From: an uncultured Bryobacterales bacterium
GTDB taxonomy: Bacteria; Acidobacteriota; Terriglobia; Bryobacterales; UBA6623
Length of the DNA: 64,000 nucleotides
Direction of reading: 5' to 3'
Assembly (NCBI GenBank): GCA_964461235.1
Contig: CAYWUV010000009.1
Coordinates: 21,392 to 85,391 of the forward strand
Positions 47,701 through 57,417 of the stretch are shown here, piece after piece. The stretch's first letter is position 1. Each line of letters opens with the position of its first letter. The notes beneath the pieces were generated by a model that saw only the letters and a program-made list of their open reading frames with translations, did no database searches and was not told where the DNA came from. Both the position numbers and the translations under genes were made by a program.

Positions 47701-48852
47701 CTATCTGTTCCAGGAAAATGGCTTGGCGAGCGGGAGTGTTCTCTGCGCCTTCCCGTACCAGCCCTGCGCCGCATGCTGCCCGGTGTGCAGGTAGCAGCGA
47801 ACCTGAGCCCTTGTCCCGCTGATCGACCAAACGCGGCTCATCGGAACGGTCGTCTTCCGGACGTGCCACTGGGATAACGCGCCGGTGTTGACGAACCACA
47901 CCCCCCACTTCCTCTCGATGTGCGACCTCCCTCCGTATGTGTCGTCCGGATTGGTGTGGGTATGCCCGCCGACCCATACGTCAATCGCACCGGGATGCTG
48001 CTCCAAGTAGCCCTCGAAGGCTCTCGCGTCTGGCTTGGAATCGACCCAGTAAAGGTACGAGGCACCCTTCGGCGTGCCTCGCTCCTTGAATCCGTGATAG
48101 TGCGACACCCAGCGCCCGTCCTTGTCGCGCCGGACTCCTTCCCATTCTCCGGATGCGACCGTCGTCTCCTTGAGGACGTAGTGGTGAGCCGAGACAATGA
48201 TCTTGTCCTGGTTGGCCTCTACGAGCCGCTTCCACCACGCGAACGTCTCGCCTGAAACTACGCCCCCGGGGTTTCCGCCCAGGGGCCCGCGCCCGATAGC
48301 CTGAGTCGGCTCGTTGATGTCGCTCATCATCAGGAACAGGATGTTCCCGACCTGGAACGAATACCGTTCCCATGTCCCTGTTACGGGATAAGGCCGGCTC
48401 GCCGGATCGACCCCAGAATGCGCTGTTTGCTCGCCGGTCGGATCGATCCACTTGCGCCACCACCAGTTCGGGAGCTCGTCGAGGCCGCTCCGATCGTGAT
48501 TGCCTCCCAAGCTGTATACCTGCTCCCGGCTGTGACTCCGCAATCCCAGGCGGAATTGGCGGACGATTTCCTCGCCCTCGTCATCCTTAGGGGTGTCCTG
48601 CCCTCCGGACATGTCCCCCAAGTCGAGTGCGACGTCCCACTCGAAAGGCGGCCCCCCATCCTCCCCGCCTACCTCCGATTGTTTGAGCGCATCCTCCAAG
48701 CTATTCCGTCCGAATCGTTTGTCCGTACCCACGTGGGCGTCACTGAACGTCCACAGGCGCAGGGTGTCGACTGGCCCCGCCAATGGGAGGGCCGGCACCA
48801 CCGGGGGTGCCACAAGCGGTGCGGCGGAGCGCAGGAAAGTGCGTCGGTTCAA
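47701..48852 (-). CDS. Tat-exported metallophosphoesterase (calcineurin-like)
   Basis: 383 aa with signal MNRRTFLRSAAPLVAPP. Metallophos motifs in order: SDAH, LGDMSG, GNHD, SAHH, GGHTH. Confidence 0.8.
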   Translation of the reverse strand: MNRRTFLRSAAPLVAPPVVPALPLAGPVDTLRLWTFSDAHVGTDKRFGRNSLEDALKQSEVGGEDGGPPFEWDVALDLGDMSGGQDTPKDDEGEEIVRQFRLGLRSHSREQVYSLGGNHDRSGLDELPNWWWRKWIDPTGEQTAHSGVDPASRPYPVTGTWERYSFQVGNILFLMMSDINEPTQAIGRGPLGGNPGGVVSGETFAWWKRLVEANQDKIIVSAHHYVLKETTVASGEWEGVRRDKDGRWVSHYHGFKERGTPKGASYLYWVDSKPDARAFEGYLEQHPGAIDVWVGGHTHTNPDDTYGGRSHIERKWGVWFVNTGALSQWHVRKTTVPMSRVWSISGTRAQVRCYLHTGQHAAQGWYGKAQRTLPLAKPFSWNR

Positions 48853-48860
48853 GGTCGTCT

Positions 48861-50387
48861 CTATTCCAATTGCGCAGGCAGATCACCGTATGACCAAGGA
48901 CCTTGGAACGGTCGGTGGGCCGGGGGTAAGGGAATCTCTCCCGGGGTCATGCCGCGGACCAAGGCGACGGAAGCGTCGGCGATCCTGTTACCTGCCAAGA
49001 TCTCCAGATTGCTGTAGCTGGTGAGCCTTGTTTCGTAGCCGCCCCCGTGGGGACCGAATGCCTCCTCGGTGGGTACGTATCCCACGAATCCGTTTGCGAG
49101 CTCGACGGGCATGGTGAGCGGAAACGCACTCTCGCGCTTGATACGCAGGCCGTATTCGACGAAATACTCTGCGGGATTGGACACCAGAACAGCCGGGCCG
49201 ACTTGGATCGCCTGGACCTCCACGTCAACTTCCGGCTCCGATCGGAGCAACGCATCCAGCAGCACTGTCTCTTTGGCGAACACCCAATCCGCCGACGAGG
49301 GATCGGGTTCGGATGCAACCGTCTGCCAAGCTTCAGCGAGCCGGGTTGCGCTTGGGATCCTGCGGGGAACGCGAAGGACGGAGGAGGCGTGGGCCAGCGG
49401 GGCGTAAGAACCAGCGGTCATCGCCAGAAGAGCCTTGACAGCCTCCGCTCCGACCCGACCACCTACGAAGCGTTGCGCCTCGCTGCCGGTCGGGGCCAGG
49501 TGCGGGCTCAGGTTGTCGACCTGAGTAACATCGCCGTTGGCTCCGGCGAGGAAGACGACGACCGCGTCGGGGCCATAGGCTCCGCGAATCACCCTTTCCA
49601 GCCAATGGATCCAGTTAGCCGAGATGCCTGGCGGCCCGGCTGTTGCGTGACATGCGTAGTTGACGATGCACCCCAGCAGCCGCCCGTGGGGGTCCCATGC
49701 GCCAATGACTGCGACTTCGGGATCGGTGGGCCCGGCTGGTCCGACAACGTCAGGATTCCCCTGGCGCGGATGGGTGTAGGTCAGGCCGTTTCTCATCCGG
49801 AAGCGACGATTGAGCCCTGCCTCGGACTCCCATCCCGAACCGAAGCCGCAGACCGCCGGAACGCGACCCGCGTCGGCCTGGCACACAGCGCTGACGATTC
49901 GGTCCTCGACCAGTCGCAGATAGGCGGCATCCGCGCAGGACGAGTAGTCGTACGCAAGCCTCTGCACGAACTCGTCCGCATGGTCGTACTGTCCGGGCAG
50001 CACCATGCCGGTCGGCCCGGACGAATGCGAATGCGACGCCGCAATCATCACCGCCCCAGCTTCGATTCCGCACTGATCGCGGATCCGCATGCGAGCGGAG
50101 AGCACGGTATGTCGCGGGATCACCAGGGCATCGACGCCCACAAGTGCGACCCGCGCATCGGCGTCGCCGAGCACGACGGCACGCACCTTGCAGGGGTCGA
50201 AGAACCTTCGGTGGAAGATCTTTCGGTAGTTGCCGGGGCGTTCCATACCCAGTTCCGGGGTGATGTCAGCCTCTGCAAAGCCGACAGTCTGGTCCGGATC
50301 CCTAGGGGCGGGATCGTACCGCTGACCCAGCACAGCCCTCCTCAGAGCGACCACCGCACCGAAGCCTACGAAGTTCCGCCGATTCAT
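48861..50387 (-). CDS. Neutral/alkaline (non-lysosomal) ceramidase-like hydrolase, exported
   Basis: The start is taken at MNRRNFVGFGAVVAL (complement of 50385-50387); the track ORF extends to 50483. GFAEADITPELGMERPGNY and AASHSHSSGPTG resemble the ceramidase N-domain (G.AK.DITP..., HTHSGPGG). Confidence 0.5.
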   Translation of the reverse strand: MNRRNFVGFGAVVALRRAVLGQRYDPAPRDPDQTVGFAEADITPELGMERPGNYRKIFHRRFFDPCKVRAVVLGDADARVALVGVDALVIPRHTVLSARMRIRDQCGIEAGAVMIAASHSHSSGPTGMVLPGQYDHADEFVQRLAYDYSSCADAAYLRLVEDRIVSAVCQADAGRVPAVCGFGSGWESEAGLNRRFRMRNGLTYTHPRQGNPDVVGPAGPTDPEVAVIGAWDPHGRLLGCIVNYACHATAGPPGISANWIHWLERVIRGAYGPDAVVVFLAGANGDVTQVDNLSPHLAPTGSEAQRFVGGRVGAEAVKALLAMTAGSYAPLAHASSVLRVPRRIPSATRLAEAWQTVASEPDPSSADWVFAKETVLLDALLRSEPEVDVEVQAIQVGPAVLVSNPAEYFVEYGLRIKRESAFPLTMPVELANGFVGYVPTEEAFGPHGGGYETRLTSYSNLEILAGNRIADASVALVRGMTPGEIPLPPAHRPFQGPWSYGDLPAQLE

Positions 50388-50954
50388 CCCGGCTCTATCG
50401 TACCGGCCCGCGGAACCGGACTCGCCAAGACCTTGGCGGTCGTGCATCGACTTCTGGACCTCGCTTCGAGGCCGAAGAGACACGCTTGGGAACGGGCCAG
50501 TGGACCGCTACGATGAACGACTCGCACTACGTTTCGCGTATCCCCTGTTCCTAGTCGAAGAGGCCACTGGAGGCAGTCCGCCACGGGTCGACGGTCACGA
50601 GTGGGACCGTCCCACACTCTGATCGAAGCAATCAACCAGCAGAACCAGACTTCCCTTCAGCGGCCCAGCGATCCGTCTAGTTGTTTCCCGCTGAGGCCGG
50701 TCCTTGACTCGAATCGTGCTGGCATCGATTCGTCCAGCACGTGAGGTTGGCGCAAGAACGCTTGGATGCGGGAATCAAGCGGTAGGAACGGGCCCAACCC
50801 ACGAAGGTTCGTTTGAGAAGGTCCGTGTCGAGCGACAGTCCACGAAGTAGGCGGATAGTAGAATGCAGGCCAATTCAGGCGACGCTCGGTAGCGCTTCGG
50901 AGCAACTCGAAGGCAGAGGTTGGCTCGATGTCGCCCAGTCCAGGAGGAGACTCC

Positions 50955-51932
50955 ATGCAGCTTCACCGTCGACGATTCCTCGAATCGGTACTCGCCACCC
51001 TCGGGGGCCAGCCGCAGCACCTGCTGGCGTCTCAGCGAGGCCTCGATCCAGCCGTGATCGGCGCAAACCCCTATTTCCCGGGCTACGATCTGTACCACTC
51101 GATAGGAATCCTGCATGGTCTCGGATTCCAGACAATCGAACTGCATCCCATGGGTTCGCCCGAGGCTCGTCCGGGAATGCCTCCGGGATTCGAATTCGAC
51201 CGAATCTCGGAGGCCGAAAAGCGACGCCTCAAGGAGGCCTTGACACCATTTCGCTACGTCTCGACGCACCTTCCGTGGGTGGACACGCCGTACTTTTCCC
51301 CGTTCGAGCCGTCGCACGAGTTCGGGTTGCGAAGGATCGAAATCGCAATGCAGGCTTCAGCCTTCGTAGGTGCCGAGGTGGCGAACATTCACGTCCAGCG
51401 TTCGGCACATATCCCGATGGAGGAAGCATGGCCCACCTTGGTTCAGACATTTCGTCACTGGGGTGAACTCGCCTCCGACCTCGGATTCAAGCTGGCGATC
51501 GAAACCGGGTACCCGGAATCGGTAAAGGAGTTCGTGCGGCTGGTGCACGAGGTCGATCACGAACAGGTAGGTGCAACGATTGACGTCGGTCACCAGAAAA
51601 ACTACGCCGAACTACAAGCACGGGTGGAGCCGGATGGTCGGGGCACACCGGAGGGAATCCGAGCCTACAACGACATTACCCACCAGCTAATCGACGAACT
51701 TGGATCGAAGGTCTTCCACATGCACGTCCACGACATTGAACCCGATACGTGGGCCGAGCACAAGCCTTTGGTGCACGGATTCGTCGACTACCCTCGGTTG
51801 ATCGCAAAGCTCCGCAAGGTCGGCTACCAAGGTCTTCTGGTCTTCGAGATCGGAGGGTCGGTGGAGGAGCTTCCGGGGTTCTTCCGTGACGCGAAAGCGA
51901 AGTTGGAAGAGTACATCGGCGCTAGTCGCTGA
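50955..51932 (+). CDS. Sugar phosphate isomerase/epimerase (xylose-isomerase-like TIM barrel) with Tat signal
   Basis: The ATG at 50955 is preceded by AGGAGGAG (50942-50949). Signal MQLHRRRFLESVLATLGG. TIM-barrel strings: GFQTIELH, KLAIETG, HMHVHD, GYQGLLVFEI. Confidence 0.7.
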   Translation: MQLHRRRFLESVLATLGGQPQHLLASQRGLDPAVIGANPYFPGYDLYHSIGILHGLGFQTIELHPMGSPEARPGMPPGFEFDRISEAEKRRLKEALTPFRYVSTHLPWVDTPYFSPFEPSHEFGLRRIEIAMQASAFVGAEVANIHVQRSAHIPMEEAWPTLVQTFRHWGELASDLGFKLAIETGYPESVKEFVRLVHEVDHEQVGATIDVGHQKNYAELQARVEPDGRGTPEGIRAYNDITHQLIDELGSKVFHMHVHDIEPDTWAEHKPLVHGFVDYPRLIAKLRKVGYQGLLVFEIGGSVEELPGFFRDAKAKLEEYIGASR

Positions 51933-52113
51933 GTCACCGCCGCACCACCAGCGATCGGTACAACGACAGGCTCTCGCAGCTGACTCTGATGCGCCAGAGA
52001 ATCCCATGGCAAACGGCAGTTGATCGCAGGACGATCTCAGCACGTCTTGGGTTCTGCGGCACTGGAGCGCAATCGGATTCCCGGTCACACTCGGAGTGGT
52101 CAACATCGCGAAT

Positions 52114-53070
52114 CTAACGCTGATCCCGCTCCCGCAGAAACCCCAGAAGCCGCCGGATCAGGAATTCGATGTGGGCCTCGGTCTCCGGATCCGGCGTCAG
52201 CGTGGCCGCCCGAGCCCTGTCCGAAGCAATCAGACTCCGGGCGTGAAGCAACTGCTTCTCCATCCGAATCAGGAGTTCCATGTTCTGGAGGCTGAACACC
52301 AAGTACGGGAGAACGTTCTGGAACAGGTCAGCCGCATCGTTCATCCGACCTCCCGTTGCAAGATCGAAAACGTCCTGCAACACATCCGCCACAGCCAGTC
52401 CCGGCATGGCACCGCAGATTCCAGCCGTGACTCCTTCCAGCAGATAGAGCCCTCCCCATCCTTCCAGCACCTGCACTGCCCCGGATGTCTCTTCAAGGAC
52501 CTCTGCAACCTTGGGGGCCATTAGAGCCTGTTCTAGCTTCAGATAGCAAAACTGCGGGTAGTCAGCGTTGAGGCGCTTAGCCAGGTCGCCGCTGATCGTC
52601 GCTCCCCCTGGATTGAAGTCCTGAACCAGGACCGGCACGGAAGTCTGGACCAGCACCGATTCGAGGAACCGGTAAACGTCTCTTTCCGAAATCTCGAACA
52701 TCCGCGGTATCGCCACCGAAACCATGTCGGCACCAAGTTCCTGGTTCCGGAAGGCGATTCGGGCCGCTAGGTCCGCCGAGTAGTGGTTGGACTGTGCAAT
52801 GACTTGGATCCTCCCGTCAGCAACATCAACTGCCGTCTCGACAAGTTGGTAGCGCTCGGCGAGAGTCAGCTTGTAGTACTCGCTGGCGTACGCCGGAAGG
52901 CAAACGGCCGCAAAACCCTTGTCCACACAGAAGCCTATGAGTCGTTCCAAGGAACGATAGTCTGGGGCGTCATGGAAACGATCCTCAATGAACGGTGTCG
53001 GGAGAACCGGGACGATCCCTGTGAGCCTCTTGTGCGTCATCTGTGTGCCAGGGCCACTCTGTGAGGGCAA
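52114..53070 (-). CDS. Dihydrodipicolinate synthase/N-acetylneuraminate lyase family (class I aldolase) protein
   Basis: 318 aa. GIVPVLPTPF N-terminal motif and a layout typical of the DapA/NAL family. Substrate not assignable. Confidence 0.65.
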   Translation of the reverse strand: MPSQSGPGTQMTHKRLTGIVPVLPTPFIEDRFHDAPDYRSLERLIGFCVDKGFAAVCLPAYASEYYKLTLAERYQLVETAVDVADGRIQVIAQSNHYSADLAARIAFRNQELGADMVSVAIPRMFEISERDVYRFLESVLVQTSVPVLVQDFNPGGATISGDLAKRLNADYPQFCYLKLEQALMAPKVAEVLEETSGAVQVLEGWGGLYLLEGVTAGICGAMPGLAVADVLQDVFDLATGGRMNDAADLFQNVLPYLVFSLQNMELLIRMEKQLLHARSLIASDRARAATLTPDPETEAHIEFLIRRLLGFLRERDQR

Positions 53071-53262
53071 CCACCCAGCGGGGAGGCCACGACCATAGTG
53101 TCATGGATGAGCCGGATTAGTCCTCAGACACCCGACACTGCTTCGCGGCTGTCACCGTACCGCAACGGAGGACCGAGGGCTACCGTTCCGGGCGGCATTG
53201 TTACCGCGGCAGGCCATGCCGCCCCGCCCCCGGCGCGCTGACGGTGGTGCGACGGGATGCTG

Positions 53263-55911
53263 CTACGCGGACATTTGGGCGCGAACCAGATCTGGAACAC
53301 GCTCAAGCGCATCGGGCAATGCACCCGGATTCCTGCCTCCGGCCTCGGCCATGTCCGGTCTGCCTCCGCCTCCGCCGCCTACCAAGCGCGCTACGTCCCG
53401 CACAACAGAGCCGGCATGGACGCTCTTGCCAGCAATGTCCTTGGTCGCGGCAGCGATGAGCGCAACCCGGCCGTCCTGCACTGTGCCGAGCACGACGAGT
53501 CCTGTCCCTAACCGCACACGCAAGGCATCGACCAGAGTTCTGAGCTGCTCGCGGTCCACGTCCGGCACCTGGGCCGCAACCACCTTGGTTCCATCGATCT
53601 CGCGAGCACGCGCCAACAGGTCGGCAATCGCCGCCCTAGCCAGCTTCGCCTTTAACTCGCTGACCTGCCTTTCCAGCCGCTTCCGGTCCGAAAGGAGCTT
53701 GTCTAGGGACTCGAAGAGGCTGTCTTCCGGCGCTCGCATCATCGACGCAATACGCTGTACCGAGGCCGAAGACACCCGGTAGTGCCGGATCGCCGCGTGA
53801 CCCGTCACTGCCTCGAGCCTACGAATGCCTGCAGCGCTGCTGGTTTCCGTGGTGATCCGGAACACGCCAATCTCGCCTGTCCGGGCGACATGCGTCCCGC
53901 CGCAGAGCTCCTTGCTGAAGTCGCCCACGGACACGACCCGGACCCTGTCGACGTACTTCTCCCCGAAGAGCGCCATGGCACCCTCCCGAACGGCCTGCTC
54001 CAAGCCCTTGAGTTCCGTGCTGACCTCCATGTCTTGGAGGATGCGCTCGTTGACGATCTGCTCGACCTCCTCGATCTCTCCTGCTTCGATCGCCGCGTAG
54101 TGGGTGATATCAAACCGCAGACGGTCCGCATCCACCACGCTTCCCGCCTGCTTGACATGCCGGCCGAGAACCTTCCGGAGCGCGGCGTGGACGAGATGGG
54201 TCGCCGTGTGGTTACGGCGCACCTCATCCCTTCGGAACGCATCTACTGTTCCTGTGACGCGGTCCCCGACGGCGATGTCCTCGAGGATCTCCGCGTGGTG
54301 GACGCTGGTTCCCCGAACCGGGGCCTGGACATCCAGCACCCGGGCCGCGCTTCCTGTCGAGTGCACGAGGAACCCCTGGTCGCCGACCTGGCCGCCAGCC
54401 TCAGCGTAGAACGGCGTCCGGTCCAGGATCACGTCCGCCCTGGAGCCGGCACGGGCCGCATCGACGGACTCTCCCTCTGAGAGGATCGCGCATACTTTGA
54501 GACCGTCCTCTCGAGTGCGGTCGTAGCCGAGGAACTCTGTGCCGCCCCGTGCGGAGATTCCGGTGATGGCCGGGGCCACTGCGGCCGCTGCCGGCAAGCC
54601 GCCCTTCCAGCTGGCGCGCGCGCGCGCCCGCTGTCCATCCATCTCGGCCTCGAATCCGGCGAGGTCGATGGCAAGGCCGCGCTCGCGGGCCAGTTCCTGC
54701 TGCTCATCCAGCGACAGACCGAACGTGTCGTAAAGCCGGAACGCCGTAGCGCCGGGAATCGTCCCGTTCTGGACCTTGCTCAGCGCCGATTCGAACTCCC
54801 GCTCCGCAACTACGAAACTACGCTCGTAGCGGATCTCCTCGTCACGCACGATCTTCGCAACCCGCTGGACCGACTCCTGGAGTTCCGGGTAGGCAGAATC
54901 CATCTGCTCGGCGACAAAGCTCGTCATCTTGTGCAGGAACAGCCCCTCAAACCCGGAGAGGCGCGCGTGGCGCAGGGCTCGGCGGATGATCTTGCGCAGC
55001 ACGTATCCCCGGCCGTCATTGGCAGGCATGACGCTGTCGTGGATCAAGAAGGCCGCTGCCCGGGAATGGTCCGCCACGATCCGCAATGCCGTGTCCGTTC
55101 CAGGGGCGGCACCGTACTCGATCCCGAGGAGTTCCCCCGCGCGTTCAATGATCGGCAGGAACAAGTCCGTGTTGAAGTTGGACAGCTGGCCCTGCAGGAC
55201 CGCTGCCGTCCGCTCGAGCCCCATTCCCGTATCGATCGAAGGCTTGGGGAGCGGATGCAGGTTCCCTTTGGAGTCCCGGTCGAATTCCATGAAGACCAGA
55301 TTCCAAATCTCGACGTAGCGCGAAATATCGGCCGGAAACGGATCGTCAGGCTCTCCCGGCTCGAGGCCTGCCGGACCGTAGTCGTAAAAGATCTCCGAGC
55401 ACGGGCCGCAAGGGCCCGTGTCCCCCATCTGCCAGAAGTTGTCCTTCTCTCCGCAACGGTGAATGCGATCGAGGGGCACGCCGGCGACCTTGGTCCAAAG
55501 CCTCTCCGCCTCGTCGTCCTCGCGGAAAACAGTCACGTACAGCCGGTCCTTCGGGAGGCCAAATACCTCGGTCACCAGTTCCCAGGCAAACCGGATCGCG
55601 TCTTCCTTGAAGTAGTCGCCGAACGAGAAGTTGCCGAGCATCTCGAAGAACGTGTGGTGCCTCCGAGTGCGGCCCACGTTCTCGAGATCGTTGTGCTTGC
55701 CTCCGGCCCGGACGCACTTCTGGGATGTCGTGGCTCTTCGGTAGCCGCGAACCTCGTTTCCCAGGAAAACGTCCTTGAACTGGTTCATTCCCGCGTTGGC
55801 AAACAGCAGCGTGGGATCGTTCGCAGGAACCAACGACGAACTGGAGACGCGCCGATGCCCTTTGAGTTCGAAGAACTGCAGGAACTGCTCGCGGACTTGG
55901 TCGCCGGTCAT
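53263..55911 (-). CDS. alaS: Alanine--tRNA ligase
   Basis: The true start is MTGDQVREQFLQFFELKGHRRVSSSSLVP.NDPTLLFANAGMNQFKD (complement of 55909-55911). The 206 upstream codons in the track ORF are Arg/Gly-rich read-through. The editing-domain HTATHLVHAAL and the C-terminal DHHA1-like GGGGGRPDMAEAGG are present. Confidence 0.95.
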   Translation of the reverse strand: MTGDQVREQFLQFFELKGHRRVSSSSLVPANDPTLLFANAGMNQFKDVFLGNEVRGYRRATTSQKCVRAGGKHNDLENVGRTRRHHTFFEMLGNFSFGDYFKEDAIRFAWELVTEVFGLPKDRLYVTVFREDDEAERLWTKVAGVPLDRIHRCGEKDNFWQMGDTGPCGPCSEIFYDYGPAGLEPGEPDDPFPADISRYVEIWNLVFMEFDRDSKGNLHPLPKPSIDTGMGLERTAAVLQGQLSNFNTDLFLPIIERAGELLGIEYGAAPGTDTALRIVADHSRAAAFLIHDSVMPANDGRGYVLRKIIRRALRHARLSGFEGLFLHKMTSFVAEQMDSAYPELQESVQRVAKIVRDEEIRYERSFVVAEREFESALSKVQNGTIPGATAFRLYDTFGLSLDEQQELARERGLAIDLAGFEAEMDGQRARARASWKGGLPAAAAVAPAITGISARGGTEFLGYDRTREDGLKVCAILSEGESVDAARAGSRADVILDRTPFYAEAGGQVGDQGFLVHSTGSAARVLDVQAPVRGTSVHHAEILEDIAVGDRVTGTVDAFRRDEVRRNHTATHLVHAALRKVLGRHVKQAGSVVDADRLRFDITHYAAIEAGEIEEVEQIVNERILQDMEVSTELKGLEQAVREGAMALFGEKYVDRVRVVSVGDFSKELCGGTHVARTGEIGVFRITTETSSAAGIRRLEAVTGHAAIRHYRVSSASVQRIASMMRAPEDSLFESLDKLLSDRKRLERQVSELKAKLARAAIADLLARAREIDGTKVVAAQVPDVDREQLRTLVDALRVRLGTGLVVLGTVQDGRVALIAAATKDIAGKSVHAGSVVRDVARLVGGGGGGRPDMAEAGGRNPGALPDALERVPDLVRAQMSA

Positions 55912-56108
55912 GGGAATTGTCGGAACGGGCAGGCCGCTCCAGCGGAGGGAAACTTCAATTCTACTGCGGACCCGCCCATCCACTAACCCGCCGCACCGCC
56001 CCGTGCCCGCCGTCCGGGGATGCCAAGCGCCTCCGTATGACGGCGCATCCTGCCCAGCATGGCGACCCACCAGCTGCCAGCCAAGCTTCCCACAAGGCTT
56101 GCACCGGC

Positions 56109-56759
56109 TCAGCGGGAACGGCTGACCCGAGTCCACTCGGCCAAGTTCCCGACGGAGAATCCCGAGATCATCGAGACGCTGTCCGCCCCGGCCAGCAAGA
56201 CCTCCCGGGCGTTCTCGATCCGAATCCCTCCGATCGCGACGAGCGGCTTGGCAGCCAGCAACCGGGCCGCCCGGACGCCGTCCAAGCCGACCACCGGATC
56301 CGGGGCCCGCTTGCTTGAGGTCCCGAAGACCGGTCCGATTGCCAAGTAGTCGGCATGCGCGCACGCCACGCCGGAGAGTTGTGCGGCATTGTGCGTCGAG
56401 TAGCCGACGATCAATCGGTTGCCGACGATCCGGCGCACGGCATCGACCGGCAGGTCCTCCTGCCCGACATGGACGCCGTCCGCATCGAGAGCGACCGCAA
56501 TGTCGGCTCGGTCGTTGACGATGAAGCACACGCCAGCGGACCGGAGCATGGCTCCTACTGCAGCGGCCTCGTCAAACACCCGGCGCGTGAAGTTGCCCTT
56601 GTGACGGTACTGCGCGATTCGAAAACCGAACGAAGCCAGCGCCTCGGCCATCCGCACGGGGCGGATCCCAGACGATGCCAAGTGCTCCGTATCGAGAATC
56701 GGATAGATTCGGGGAAAGGCCTCCAGGATCGCCGACTTCTGCGAGGTAGTGTTCGCCAT
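56109..56759 (-). CDS. thiE: Thiamine-phosphate synthase
   Basis: 216 aa. IYPILD, IAQYRHK, FIVNDRADIAVALDADGVHVGQEDLP, YLAIGPVFGTSSK, LVAIGGI. Confidence 0.85.
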   Translation of the reverse strand: MANTTSQKSAILEAFPRIYPILDTEHLASSGIRPVRMAEALASFGFRIAQYRHKGNFTRRVFDEAAAVGAMLRSAGVCFIVNDRADIAVALDADGVHVGQEDLPVDAVRRIVGNRLIVGYSTHNAAQLSGVACAHADYLAIGPVFGTSSKRAPDPVVGLDGVRAARLLAAKPLVAIGGIRIENAREVLLAGADSVSMISGFSVGNLAEWTRVSRSR

Positions 56760-56808
56760 GCGCAGGGCTGGACGCCGACGCCTTCCCGTGGCAGGTGCCG
56801 GGTCGGAA

Positions 56809-57390
56809 CTAGCCGATTTCGAGAATCTCTTTCTCCTTCAGGCCGCCCGCCTCGTTGATGTCATTGATCGAGGCGTCTGTCAGTTTCTGGATCTGCTCCA
56901 GCCCTCTCTTACTCTCGTCCTCGGATATTTCCTTGGCCTTCTCGAGCCTCTTCACGGCTTCGTTCGCGTCGCGCCGAATGTTCCGTACCGCGACCCTGTG
57001 CTGTTCCACGACATTGTGGAGCTGCTTGACGAGCGCGCGCCGGCGCTCCTGAGTTAGGGGCGGGATCACCAGCCGTATGATCTTGCCGTCGTTCGCCGGA
57101 TTGATTCCCAGGTCGGAGATCCGGATCGCCCTCTCGATAGACGCCATCTGCGACACGTCCCAAGGTTGGATCGTAAGGGTGTTGGAATTGGGAGTTCCCA
57201 AGGTGGCCATCTGGTTCAGGGGCGTAGGGGTGCCGTAGTACTCGACAACGATTGAGTCAAGCAAGGCAATGGAAGCGCGGCCTGTCCGAATGGACGCCAT
57301 GGCGCGACCGAGGTCCTTGACCGACTTCGCCATGCGGTCCTCCGTCTCGGCCTTGACCTCCGGAACGGTTTCGCCGTGGATATGTGTCAT
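56809..57390 (-). CDS. frr: Ribosome recycling factor
   Basis: 193 aa. EDRMAKSVKDLGRAMASIRTGRASIALLDSIVVEYYGTPTPLNQMATL..., IPPLTQERRRALVK. Confidence 0.95.
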   Translation of the reverse strand: MTHIHGETVPEVKAETEDRMAKSVKDLGRAMASIRTGRASIALLDSIVVEYYGTPTPLNQMATLGTPNSNTLTIQPWDVSQMASIERAIRISDLGINPANDGKIIRLVIPPLTQERRRALVKQLHNVVEQHRVAVRNIRRDANEAVKRLEKAKEISEDESKRGLEQIQKLTDASINDINEAGGLKEKEILEIG

Positions 57391-57417
57391 TCGCTTGCCT
57401 CCTGCAAGGCATTCAGA

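Noticed and set aside
55912-56108. T-box or other leader upstream of alaS.
   Set aside because: No T-box consensus (…GGGTGGTACCGCG…) or specifier-loop architecture is recognisable in the 197-nt leader. Only short generic hairpins are present.
55912-56529. N-terminal extensions in the ORF track. Examples: alaS 1088 aa instead of 882 aa, rplM +108 codons, FG-GAP gene +274 codons (20470-21291), lactonase +65 codons, and the third sulfatase +82 codons.
   Set aside because: The extensions lack family similarity and overlap neighbouring genes or their antisense strands. Conserved N-termini or signal peptides begin at the internal Met codons, which I verified in the nucleotide sequence.
56760-56808. 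TPP riboswitch expected upstream of thiE.
   Set aside because: The frr-thiE spacer is only 49 nt, too short for a THI element. thiE appears to be co-transcribed with the translation-factor genes.
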